A DNA stretch of 64,000 nucleotides, from contig JBBIIG010000006.1 of the NCBI GenBank assembly GCA_037446635.1, forward strand, positions 1 to 64,000, read 5' to 3'. The position numbers and the translations under genes are program-made. Below are positions 18,095-28,882 of the stretch, one piece after another. The stretch comes from a bacterium (GTDB lineage: Bacteria; Zhuqueibacterota; Zhuqueibacteria; Oceanimicrobiales; Oceanimicrobiaceae). Each line of letters begins with the position of its first letter. Within the stretch, counting starts at the first letter, position 1. The notes under the pieces were generated by a model that did no database searches, had not been told where the DNA came from, and saw only the letters and a list, made by a program, of their open reading frames with translations.

Positions 18095-18154
18095 CGGGGC
18101 GTAGCTCAGCCCGGCTAGAGCGCTTGGTTTGGGACCAAGAAGTCGCAGGTCCGA
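18095..18154 (+). pseudogene. tRNA-Pro(TGG)-like sequence lacking 15 nt of the T-loop, T-stem and acceptor 3' strand
   Basis: Matches the downstream tRNA-Pro through GCAGGT except for the anticodon (TGG) and one variable-loop base, then jumps to CCGA; 60 nt versus 75 nt. Confidence 0.8.
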
Positions 18155-18263
18155 CTATCTGAAATGGAGTATTGGAGTGATGGATTTCTGGATCACTGGA
18201 AATAATTGAAAAGGAGTAATTTCCACTACCTGTTATTGCCTGCTGCAAACTGCCTACTGGAAA

Positions 18264-18338
18264 CGGGGCGTAGCTCAGCCCGGCTAGAGCGCTTGGTTCG
18301 GGACCAAGAGGTCGCAGGTTCAAATCCTGTCGCCCCGA
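18264..18338 (+). tRNA. tRNA-Pro(CGG)
   Basis: CGGGGCG/CGCCCCG acceptor stem, CTTGG-TTCGGGA-CCAAG anticodon arm, GTTCAAATC T-loop; CCA not encoded. Confidence 0.96.
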
Positions 18339-18344
18339 CATTTC

Positions 18345-18378
18345 AAAACCCCGGAGTCTTTAAGACTCCGGGGTTTTT
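18345..18378 (+). terminator. Terminator hairpin after tRNA-Pro
   Basis: AAAACCCCGGAGTCTT-T-AAGACTCCGGGGTTTT, a 16-bp perfect inverted repeat ending in a T run. Confidence 0.85.
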
Positions 18379-18426
18379 AATCCCTGCCTATTGTATTTTA
18401 ACGATTTGTTTTTATATTTATTCTGT

Positions 18427-18855
18427 ATGAAACCGGGGCGGCCCAAGTACCAACATATCGATCACACCGCCGACGTTGGCATCAAAATTTTTGGTGGCAC
18501 GCTCAAAGAGTTATTTGAAAATGCCGCGTTGGGTTTGTTCGACATCATCGCCAATTTGGAGAAGGTGTCGCCAGCGGTCGAGCGGCAAATTACAGTCGAA
18601 GCCAGCGACCGCGAAGCGCTGTTGGTGAACTGGCTCTCCGAATTGAATTTTCTCTTTTTTACGAAGCGGGAAATCTACAAAGAATTTGTGATTGAAAACC
18701 TCGATAATTTCAAACTCCGGGCAAAAGCCAAAGGCGAACGCATCGATTACGACCGCCACGAAATCTTCACCGAAGTGAAAGCGGTGACGTATCACCATTT
18801 GTACATCAAAGAGACCCCCGAAGGTTGGGAAGCACAAGTGATTTTTGATCTTTAA
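18427..18855 (+). CDS. Archease (RtcB cofactor)
   Basis: IDHTADVG, LFENAA, LLVNWLSEL, EVKAVTYH, VIFDL; adjacent to rtcB. Confidence 0.95.
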   Translation: MKPGRPKYQHIDHTADVGIKIFGGTLKELFENAALGLFDIIANLEKVSPAVERQITVEASDREALLVNWLSELNFLFFTKREIYKEFVIENLDNFKLRAKAKGERIDYDRHEIFTEVKAVTYHHLYIKETPEGWEAQVIFDL

Positions 18856-18874
18856 TGAACGCAATGAAAAGCGT

Positions 18875-18955
18875 AACCACGAATTGCACAAATTTCACCA
18901 ATTTTCCGGGAGATGATTTTCAAATTTATTCGTGTAATTGGTGAAATTAGTGGTT
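18875..18955. repeat. AT-rich long imperfect inverted-repeat element between archease and rtcB
   Basis: AACCAC...GTGGTT ends; AATTTCACCAATT (18891-18903) pairs with AATTGGTGAAATT (18936-18948). Confidence 0.7.
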
Positions 18956-18975
18956 GAATTCTTTGGAGAGTTAAA

Positions 18976-20418
18976 ATGAGTGATTTGAAATTCCATAAAG
19001 TCGCCGACTACCTTTGGGAAATTCCCAAAGAGGGCAAAATGCGCGTGCCCGCTCGCATCTACGCCACCGAAAATATGTTAGATGCCATCCGCAGCGACAA
19101 CGCGCCGGAGCAAGCGGCCAACGTCGCGCATTTGCCGGGCATCGTCAACTATTCGTTTGCGATGCCGGATATCCACTGGGGCTACGGCTTTCCCATCGGC
19201 GGCGTGGCGGCGTTCGATCTCAAAAACGGCGTCATCTCGCCCGGCGGGGTGGGATACGACATCAATTGCGGCGTGCGGTTGATGGCATCAAAACTCACGC
19301 GGCAGGACATTCAGCCGAAGATGCACGAACTGGTGACAGCGCTGTTCCATAAAGTGCCCACCGGCGTCGGCTCAAAAGGCGAGCTGCGGGTGACCGAGAG
19401 TGAAGAAAAGCAAGTATTGCTGCAGGGCGCCGAGTGGGCGGTGAAAAACGGCTACGGCACGGAAGAAGATTTGGAGTACATCGAAGAGAATGGCCGCATC
19501 GACGGTGCCAATCCAGTCGTTATCAGCAAAAAGGCGATGGAGCGCGGACAGGCGCAGCTCGGCACCCTCGGCTCCGGCAACCACTTTCTCGAAGTAGGCT
19601 ACGTGGCGGAAATTTATGATGACGAAGCCGCGCGAGTGCTGGGTCTGCACCTCGATCAAATCACCGTGATCATTCACTGCGGCTCGCGGGGATTTGGCTA
19701 TCAAGTTTGCGAAGATTACATCGAAGTGATGAACAAAGCGGTGGCGAAGTACGGGATCGAATTGCCGGATCGCCAACTTTGTTGCGCGCCGATCTCCTCG
19801 CCGGAGGGTCAGGAATATTTGACCGCCATGCGCTGCGCCATCAACTATGCGTTTTGCAATCGGCAAGTGATTGCGGCGTGGACGCGACAGGCATTCGAGC
19901 AGGCGCTGCGAAAGGGTCCGAAAGACATTGGGCTGCGAGTGGTGTACGAAGTGGCGCACAACATCGCCAAAGTCGAAAAGCACAGAGTGGATGGCAAAGA
20001 AATGGAGGTATGCGTGCACCGCAAAGGCGCGACGCGGGCGTTTGCGCCGGGCTCAAAAGAGATTCCGTCGGCGTATCAGAGCGTCGGTCAGCCGGTGCTG
20101 ATTCCTGGCGACATGGGGCGCTACTCGTACGTGCTGGTTGGAACCCAAGGGGCGATGGAGCAGACGTTCGGCTCTACCTGTCACGGCGCGGGCCGGGCCA
20201 TGAGCCGGCACAAAGCCATCAAAGCGGCGAAGGGGAGATCGATTGCGCGCGAACTGCAGGATCGCGGCATCTACGTAAAAGGCGCCAGCCGCCGCACCAT
20301 CGACGAGGAAATTCCGGAGGCCTACAAAGACGTGGCGAATGTAGTGGATGCGTGCCAGTTGGCGGGGATTTCCAAGAAGGTGGCGCAGCTCAGGCCGCTG
20401 GGGTGCATCAAGGGGTGA
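18976..20418 (+). CDS. rtcB: RtcB RNA ligase, archease-associated long type
   Basis: MPDIHWGYGFPIGGV, GVGYDINCGVRL, LGTLGSGNHFLE, HCGSRG, HNIAK, HRKGAT, IPGDMG, CHGAGR, EEIPEAYK. Confidence 0.97.
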   Translation: MSDLKFHKVADYLWEIPKEGKMRVPARIYATENMLDAIRSDNAPEQAANVAHLPGIVNYSFAMPDIHWGYGFPIGGVAAFDLKNGVISPGGVGYDINCGVRLMASKLTRQDIQPKMHELVTALFHKVPTGVGSKGELRVTESEEKQVLLQGAEWAVKNGYGTEEDLEYIEENGRIDGANPVVISKKAMERGQAQLGTLGSGNHFLEVGYVAEIYDDEAARVLGLHLDQITVIIHCGSRGFGYQVCEDYIEVMNKAVAKYGIELPDRQLCCAPISSPEGQEYLTAMRCAINYAFCNRQVIAAWTRQAFEQALRKGPKDIGLRVVYEVAHNIAKVEKHRVDGKEMEVCVHRKGATRAFAPGSKEIPSAYQSVGQPVLIPGDMGRYSYVLVGTQGAMEQTFGSTCHGAGRAMSRHKAIKAAKGRSIARELQDRGIYVKGASRRTIDEEIPEAYKDVANVVDACQLAGISKKVAQLRPLGCIKG

Positions 20419-20421
20419 GAG

Positions 20422-20622
20422 ATGAATCTAACCCCAAAGCAAAAAGAGAATATTTCCAAATATCTTTTCGACGTCAGTAAACTCTCTTTTGGCGGATTGG
20501 TGATTGGAGATTTGATCAAAGATCATCGAGTGACACCGTGGATATTAATAAGCGGGGTCATTTTTTCAATATTGGCATTTGTTTTAGCGGTAATCCTTGA
20601 CCGAGGAGGTGACAAATCATGA
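20422..20622 (+). CDS. Small two-TM membrane protein (DUF6722-like)
   Basis: 66 aa, KENISKYLFDVSKLSFGGLVIG pattern, two hydrophobic segments, 3 nt after the rtcB stop. Confidence 0.7.
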   Translation: MNLTPKQKENISKYLFDVSKLSFGGLVIGDLIKDHRVTPWILISGVIFSILAFVLAVILDRGGDKS

Positions 20623-20714
20623 CATTAGGAATCATCTTCATTATTGGCAGCATTATTCTGGCGGGCTGTATTATTTATCTTGCACTAAACAAACCGAAGC
20701 AAAAGCAGGGTTGA
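20619..20714 (+). CDS. 31-aa single-TM micropeptide (not in ORF track)
   Basis: MTLGIIFIIGSIILAGCIIYLALNKPKQKQG; GAGGAGGTG SD; ATGA overlap with the upstream gene. Confidence 0.7.
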   Translation: MTLGIIFIIGSIILAGCIIYLALNKPKQKQG

Positions 20715-20794
20715 TTTTGCGGACATGAGATGGCAGATCGCACATCTAGAGGGAAGGACGCCGCCTGCGCTCTTAGATTAGGGAGGTGTTTCCC

Positions 20795-20904
20795 ATGATG
20801 AACTGGGTATTATCTTTATTATCGGCAGTGTCGTTGCGGCGGGATTTATCATTTACCTTATTTTTTATAAGCCGGCGCAACGCGATCAAGACCGGAGGTA
20901 TTGA
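20795..20904 (+). pseudogene. Frameshifted paralogue of the 31-aa micropeptide
   Basis: Frame from 20803 reads LGIIFIIGSVVAAGFIIYLIFYKPAQRDQDRRY*; the GGGAGGTG SD-led ATG at 20795 is out of frame by one base. Confidence 0.6.
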
Positions 20905-20982
20905 TCCTCTCCTAATGTTGCCCGAGTTGCAATCGTTATAAAGGTGCAAAAAGGAAGGTTGCCGATCACTCTCAAGTTTTGA

Positions 20983-23013
<2,031 letters not shown>

Positions 23014-23037
23014 CAATAAACCAACAAAGGAGGAATC

Positions 23038-23442
23038 ATGTCAAACAACGGTGATAGCGGGTTCGATTTTTTCAAAGGCTTTCTTTTTGGCGGCGTGGTG
23101 GGCGCGGTGATTGCGTTGTTGTACGCTCCCAAGTCCGGCAAAGAAACGCGCGATGAAATTCGGCGGCGCTCTTTGGAGTTGCGCGACGATGCCGAAGCCA
23201 AGTTAGAGTTGGCGCGACAGCAGGCCGAGGCGTACCTAGAGAAGGCCAAGCAGAAGCTCGATGAACTGCGCCACGAAGTTGAAGAATCGGTAGCCACCGT
23301 AAAAAGCCGGGCCAGTGGTTTAGTTGAAGAGGGAAAAGGCATTGTTGGCAAGGAAACCAGCCGCATCAAAGACGCCATCGACGCGGGCGTGAGCGCCTAT
23401 AAAGAAGAGAAGGCCGTCAAAAGTAAAAAGAGTACGGACTAA
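23038..23442 (+). CDS. YtxH domain-containing protein
   Basis: GFLFGGVVGAVIALLYAPKSGKETR signature. Confidence 0.93.
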   Translation: MSNNGDSGFDFFKGFLFGGVVGAVIALLYAPKSGKETRDEIRRRSLELRDDAEAKLELARQQAEAYLEKAKQKLDELRHEVEESVATVKSRASGLVEEGKGIVGKETSRIKDAIDAGVSAYKEEKAVKSKKSTD

Positions 23443-23456
23443 GGGTAGGGGACAAC

Positions 23457-23840
23457 ATGGTTATCTCGATAAGTGTTGCTGTTATCGCCGCGCTGCTTTT
23501 CATCATCACGATTTTTGCTGTGGCGGCTTCGCTGCGGGCGATGAAAGCATTTGGTGAAGCGCAAAAACTGATGGAAGCGGTGCGTTTTCAAATGGCGCCC
23601 ATCACCCACGATCTCGCCCAGATACTCAACCACGTGCGCACCATCGCACGCGCGGCCGAACATCAAATTGAAAAAGTCAGCGAAAGCGTGACCGCGGTGC
23701 GCGATACCGCCCGCAACATCCGAGAATTCGAAGCCCTGATTCAGGAGCGGATTGAGCGCCCGCTGCTGGATATCACCGCCGTTCTTTCGGCGCTGCTAAA
23801 AGGCGGCAAAGTTTTCTGGAATAGCATTAGAAAACGCTGA
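23457..23840 (+). CDS. DUF948/YtxG-like membrane-anchored helical protein
   Basis: N-terminal TM plus amphipathic helices, adjacent to the YtxH gene. Confidence 0.65.
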   Translation: MVISISVAVIAALLFIITIFAVAASLRAMKAFGEAQKLMEAVRFQMAPITHDLAQILNHVRTIARAAEHQIEKVSESVTAVRDTARNIREFEALIQERIERPLLDITAVLSALLKGGKVFWNSIRKR

Positions 23841-23859
23841 TCGTTTGCGGTTGTCTTGA

Positions 23860-26800
23860 ATGGAATCTAGGGCCAAACTCATAGCTCCGATGAGCCTCCT
23901 CATCATCGGAGCGCTTGCTTTGGGCTTGACGGTCGTAACGTCTGCTATCTCCCGGCTGCCATTGCGCATTGCGCATACGCCGCAGGGGCACGGCTTCGTG
24001 GAATACTTCGTGGCGTATTTGGCGATCTGCCTCTTTTTTATCTGTCTGCGCCGTTTTCTGCTGCAGCGCACTAAGGAATTCTTGTTGTTTGGCCTCGGCT
24101 TTTCGACCTACGCCATTTTTCAGATTTTTCAGAATCTTTCGTTTCCGGGTTTCCACAACTTGGCGTGGTTTCAGCCGTCGCTCAATTTGAGCTTGGCGTT
24201 CGACTTAGCCGCGCGCCTGGCGTTGGCTTTGTTTTTCCTTTTTGGGATTTTGAACGTCAACCGCCCCTTTGTGCAGCCCACACTTCGCAACATCGGCTTG
24301 ATTTACCTCAACTCGGTGACGGCCATTTTTTTAGCAGCGATTTTGTTTTACAGTTTTTTGCCCGCCGTTTTTTATCAGCACCAGCAGGCGACCGCCCTGA
24401 AAAAGGGTTTGGATGGTTTGTGCGCCCTGCTTTTTTTAGCTTGCGCCGGTTTACTGTTTCGGCTTTATGTGCGCAAGCGCCACGTCCTCTATTTCTGGTT
24501 TGCGCTGGCGGCGATTTTCGGAGTCTTCACCAACCTGCACCTGGGTTTATGGAAAACGCTGTACGATCCCAACTTCAGTTTCGGCCATCTGCTCAACATC
24601 TTTTTTTTCTCAACCATTCTGATCGGTATTTTTGCGGACCACTTCCGCTTTGTTGAAAGCGAAGCCGAGCTGCGCGAGTCGCTTGAAAAATCCAAAGAAA
24701 ATTTGGAGATGAGCGAAAAGACCTTCCGCACGTTTGTGGAAAACATGGCGGACGGCTTCGTGGTTACCGATAAAAACGGCGCTATCGTCTTCTGTAATCA
24801 GGCTTTGGCGGATATGCTTGATTACAGCAAAACCTTTTTGACTGGCTCCGCGTTCTCAAAACTTCTCCCGGAAAACACCAATTTCGAGGCCCTGTTCAAA
24901 GACGATTCGCCGGCGCGGCAATTGGAAATCGAAATGATCTCGCGCGATAAGCGCCGGGTGCCGGTGCTGCTCAACGTGGCGCGCATCAGCGGCGGCAAGG
25001 GCGAGTTTGCCGGCCTGCAGGCCGTGGTAACGAATTTGTCCCGCCGCAAAAAGGTCGAGCGCGATCTCGAAAACCTTGTCAAAGAGAAAACCAAAAATAT
25101 CGAAATTTTTCGGCAGTGCATCGAGAACTCCACCGACGGCATCCTCATCACCGATATCGACGGCCGCATCACCTATTCCAACCGCGCCTTCGATTTCATG
25201 ACTAATTTTTTGAAGAGTGAGCTGATAGGAAAAGAGACGTCGGTTCTGCTGTGCGACGATCGCAGCGAGGCCGTTCACGAGCAAATTTGGAAAACCGTGC
25301 GCGAGGGCCGGGTTTGGCGCGGCGAATTTAACACCCGCCGCAAGGACGGCAGCGGCTTCATCGGCGAAGTGGCGGTGGTGCCCATCGGCGATGAAGACGG
25401 CGCCGCCAGCAACTTCCTTTGGATTGAAACCGATATCACCCGCCGCAAAACCCTCGAGCGCAGCCTGCAAAAATACGCCGAAGAGCTCACCAGCAAAACC
25501 AGCGAGCTGGAAGCCGCCAAAACCTATTATGAAACTCTCATCTCCGGCATGACCGATATTTTGATCGTGGTGGATAATGAGGGCGAGTGCACTTTCATCA
25601 ACGATTACGGCAGGCAGCGGCTGCAGCTTCGCAGTGACGAGCTCACCAAAGGCCGGCTGCCCATTTTCTTTGATGATTTGAAACGGCTGGAGAAAGATTA
25701 CGGCTCGCGCATCAACGTGGAGATCAAGGATTTCGAGTCGGTGATCAAAACCAGAGACGGCGAGGCCATTCTCTGCAGTTGGCACGCGCGTCCGCTGTTC
25801 GATCGCTTCGGCCGCCGGGTGGGCGCCATGGCCGTGGGGCGCGACATCAGCGAATACAAAAAGATGCAGACCGAGCTCCATGAATACACCAAAAATTTGG
25901 AGAACAAGGTCAAAGATCGAACGAAGGAACTGCAGCAGCGCGTCAATCAATTGGCGCGGCTTTTGGAGATCGGCGAGGAGATTCGCCTCAACGTCGATGT
26001 CGATGTCATCCTCAACAAAATTTGCGAAGCGGTGCAGGCCCTCGGTTGGCGGCGAGTGGTGATTTCGCTGCGGGATTACGAGACGCGCACGTCGCGGGCC
26101 GTGGCCGCGGCCGGCCTGACCCCGCAGGATTTGGAAGAAGTGATGAGCTGGACCGCCATTCCATTTGAAGAGAGCGAGAAATTTTTCAAAGAGGAATTTC
26201 AAATCAGCAATTCGTATTTTATCGGCCACGAGCGCAAGCTGATCACGCGCAAATCCCCGCACACGCTTTCCTACGATCTCGGCGAGCGCCAGGCCGATGA
26301 ATGGCACAGCCTCGATGCACTGCTGGTGCCCATTCGCTCGAAGGCGAAGATTTTAGGCGTCATCAGCGTGGACGATCCCGAAGACCGCCGGCGCCCCACG
26401 CCCGAGCGCATCCGCGATTTGGAGATTTTTGCGGATAAAGCGGCGCTGGCCATCGAAAACGCCCGCCACCTTGAAATTCAAAAAGAGAACGAGCGCCAGG
26501 CTAAATTTCTGGTGGAGATCGGCCAAATCTTTCATTCCAGCCTGAAGATGTCGGAAGTGGTGGAGGCCATCGTCACCAAAGGCGGCAAGGCCATCGGTGA
26601 ATTGTGCAGTTTGATGCTGATGGATGCGGGAGAAAATCTCATCCCGCAGGCTTCGTACCACGAGAAGCCGGAGCTGATCGACCTGTTTAATCAAGGCTGT
26701 GAAAAGTACCCCTGCCGCGCTGGCGCCGATTTCGTCGGCAGCGTGGTGGCCACTGGCCAGCCGCTGCTGATGTCGCGGCCGTTTCCGCAGCACTTGCAGG

Positions 26801-28677
26801 ATTTTTATGAAACGCCGTTTTATTCATTAAACCGCCAGCGCCCGATCAGCTCGCTGATGATTTTGCCGCTGCGCGCCCGCGATCGCGTTTTGGGCGTCAT
26901 GGTGTTTCTGCAATTTCAGCCCAAGCGTAAATACAAGCACGAGGAGCTGACCCTGGCGCAGGAGCTCACCGATCGTGCGGCGCTGGCCATCGAAAACGCC
27001 CGCTTGTTCGAGGAAGCGGGCGATAAGGCGCGGCAATTGGAGAAGGCCAATAAACTCAAGTCGGAATTTTTGGCCAATGTCTCTCACGAGCTGCGCACGC
27101 CGTTGAACGCCATCATCACGCTGACAGACATTTTGATGCGCGGCATCCCCGGCGATTTGAACGCCGAACAAATCCGCCAACTGCAAATCATTCAGCGCAG
27201 CGGCAGCAATCTCCTCAATCTTATCAATGACATTCTCGATCTTTCTAAAATCGAAGCCGGCAAAATCGAGCCGATTTATTCGCCCATTCCCATTCGCGCG
27301 GTGGTGGAAGAGACCATCGAGCATATTCGGCCGCTTTGCATTCGCAAGCGCCTCGAGTTGGAATACCTGCCCGCCGCCGATGTGCCGGAAATCATTTTCA
27401 GCGATCAGGATAAGTTGACCAAAGCGTTGACCAACGTCATCGCCAACGCGGTCAAATTCACCGACCACGGTAAAATTTCCGTCCTGCTGAACGTGCAGGA
27501 TGATAAGTTGCGGATCGATGTCAGCGACACCGGTGTCGGCATCCCAGAAGATCGACTCGAAGACATTTTTAAAGAATTTCAGCAGGTGGATAGTTCCGAT
27601 TCCCGCAAATATGGCGGCACCGGCTTGGGGTTGACCATCGCGCGCAAAATGCTCACCATCCTCGGCGGCTCGATTTCCGTCGCCAGCCAGGTGGGAAGGG
27701 GATCAACTTTCACCATCCTCCTGCCCCTGAAAACCGAGAGCGAGATCGCTGCGGCGAAGCGCTTCGATTCCCGACGCGCGCCGCCGATCGGGGAGTTCGA
27801 GCTCGACGTGAGCGACGATCGCGATCGCCTCGACGCCCGCAAAAAGATCGTGCTGATCATCGATGACGAGAAAGAAGCGATTTACATCATGCAGCAGTAT
27901 TTGCACGAACACGACTACCAGATTATCTTCCCTCATAACGGCGAAAATGCTTTAGAATTGGCGGAGCTTTACTCGCCGTTTGTGATTACCCTCGATATTC
28001 TCATGCCCGGGCAAAGCGGCTGGGAAGTGCTCGATTTATTGAAGAGCGACGAACGCACCAAAGAAATTCCGGTGGTCGTCACTTCGATTTTGCAGGAAAG
28101 AGAGCGGGCGTTGGCGATGGGCGCCGCGGAATATTTGGTGAAGCCGTTCGAGCCGCAAAAATTGCTGGCGGTTTTAGCCGCGCTGGATTCGCGCTCGCTG
28201 AAACGAAGAATTTTCCCGGAGCTGCCGGATTTTTCCAAAATCAAAAAAGCGCTGCGCGCCAAGTTGTATTTTGCTTTTAACCAGCGCAAGCTGCCCGAGC
28301 TGCGATCCCGCATTTTGCTGGTTGATGATGATAAAGATACCCAGTACGCCATGAAGTACATCCTCGAACAAGCGGGCTATCAAGTCTATTTTGCCAACGA
28401 AGGAGGAGAGGCGCTGCAGCAAGCGCAGCTCATCAAACCGAATTTAATTTTGATGGATATTATGATGCCGGAGATGGACGGCTACGAAGCCACGCGCCAA
28501 TTGAAAGCCAATCACGATTTCAAAAATATTCCCATCATTGCCATGACCGCCAAAGCCATGAAAGGCGACCGCGAAAAAATACTGCTCGCCGGCTGCGACG
28601 ATTACATCGCCAAGCCTTTTATGACCAAAGAAATTCTTCAGCTGGTGGAGAAGTGGCTTCAGCAAAGCCTCAATTGA
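23860..28677 (+). CDS. Hybrid sensor histidine kinase (MASE3-like membrane domain, 3 PAS, 2 GAF, HisKA/HATPase, 2 receivers)
   Basis: Multi-TM N-terminus; PAS (RRKDGS); two AALAIENAR GAF ends; KSEFLANVSHELRTPL; GGTGLGL; LDILMP and MDIMMP receivers. Confidence 0.95.
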   Translation: MESRAKLIAPMSLLIIGALALGLTVVTSAISRLPLRIAHTPQGHGFVEYFVAYLAICLFFICLRRFLLQRTKEFLLFGLGFSTYAIFQIFQNLSFPGFHNLAWFQPSLNLSLAFDLAARLALALFFLFGILNVNRPFVQPTLRNIGLIYLNSVTAIFLAAILFYSFLPAVFYQHQQATALKKGLDGLCALLFLACAGLLFRLYVRKRHVLYFWFALAAIFGVFTNLHLGLWKTLYDPNFSFGHLLNIFFFSTILIGIFADHFRFVESEAELRESLEKSKENLEMSEKTFRTFVENMADGFVVTDKNGAIVFCNQALADMLDYSKTFLTGSAFSKLLPENTNFEALFKDDSPARQLEIEMISRDKRRVPVLLNVARISGGKGEFAGLQAVVTNLSRRKKVERDLENLVKEKTKNIEIFRQCIENSTDGILITDIDGRITYSNRAFDFMTNFLKSELIGKETSVLLCDDRSEAVHEQIWKTVREGRVWRGEFNTRRKDGSGFIGEVAVVPIGDEDGAASNFLWIETDITRRKTLERSLQKYAEELTSKTSELEAAKTYYETLISGMTDILIVVDNEGECTFINDYGRQRLQLRSDELTKGRLPIFFDDLKRLEKDYGSRINVEIKDFESVIKTRDGEAILCSWHARPLFDRFGRRVGAMAVGRDISEYKKMQTELHEYTKNLENKVKDRTKELQQRVNQLARLLEIGEEIRLNVDVDVILNKICEAVQALGWRRVVISLRDYETRTSRAVAAAGLTPQDLEEVMSWTAIPFEESEKFFKEEFQISNSYFIGHERKLITRKSPHTLSYDLGERQADEWHSLDALLVPIRSKAKILGVISVDDPEDRRRPTPERIRDLEIFADKAALAIENARHLEIQKENERQAKFLVEIGQIFHSSLKMSEVVEAIVTKGGKAIGELCSLMLMDAGENLIPQASYHEKPELIDLFNQGCEKYPCRAGADFVGSVVATGQPLLMSRPFPQHLQDFYETPFYSLNRQRPISSLMILPLRARDRVLGVMVFLQFQPKRKYKHEELTLAQELTDRAALAIENARLFEEAGDKARQLEKANKLKSEFLANVSHELRTPLNAIITLTDILMRGIPGDLNAEQIRQLQIIQRSGSNLLNLINDILDLSKIEAGKIEPIYSPIPIRAVVEETIEHIRPLCIRKRLELEYLPAADVPEIIFSDQDKLTKALTNVIANAVKFTDHGKISVLLNVQDDKLRIDVSDTGVGIPEDRLEDIFKEFQQVDSSDSRKYGGTGLGLTIARKMLTILGGSISVASQVGRGSTFTILLPLKTESEIAAAKRFDSRRAPPIGEFELDVSDDRDRLDARKKIVLIIDDEKEAIYIMQQYLHEHDYQIIFPHNGENALELAELYSPFVITLDILMPGQSGWEVLDLLKSDERTKEIPVVVTSILQERERALAMGAAEYLVKPFEPQKLLAVLAALDSRSLKRRIFPELPDFSKIKKALRAKLYFAFNQRKLPELRSRILLVDDDKDTQYAMKYILEQAGYQVYFANEGGEALQQAQLIKPNLILMDIMMPEMDGYEATRQLKANHDFKNIPIIAMTAKAMKGDREKILLAGCDDYIAKPFMTKEILQLVEKWLQQSLN

Positions 28678-28831
28678 ACTCATCGCTTACATAAGACATC
28701 TGTTTCACTCTGGCACACTTTTACGGAAATCTCACTCCGCCGCCAGTTGTAGCCTCGCTTCTTGAAATGAATCTTCGCTTTATTTCTTAACGATTTATCT
28801 CACTCAATAAAAAATCGTTTAGCGGCTTGGC

Positions 28832-28847
28832 TGGCATACTTTTGGCT
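28832..28847 (+). promoter_or_regulatory. Possible sigma54 promoter
   Basis: TGGCATACTTTTGGCT, GG-N10-GC spacing with an imperfect -12 element. Confidence 0.4.
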
Positions 28848-28882
28848 TTTTCAAAAGCTATCAAGGAGGGCCGCGTTCTCAC

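Noticed and set aside
18095..18338. Integrated element or intron-split tRNA
   Set aside because: No integrase is present, att duplications usually copy the 3' end, and the missing 15 nt do not reappear before the second complete tRNA
18075..18430. ORFs 18075-18341 (-) and 18206-18430 (+)
   Set aside because: They are translations of the tRNA-Pro sequences
24856..26307. 483-aa antisense ORF
   Set aside because: Shadow of the hybrid kinase
28710..28727. Sigma54 promoter at TGGCACACTTTTACG
   Set aside because: No GC at the -12 position
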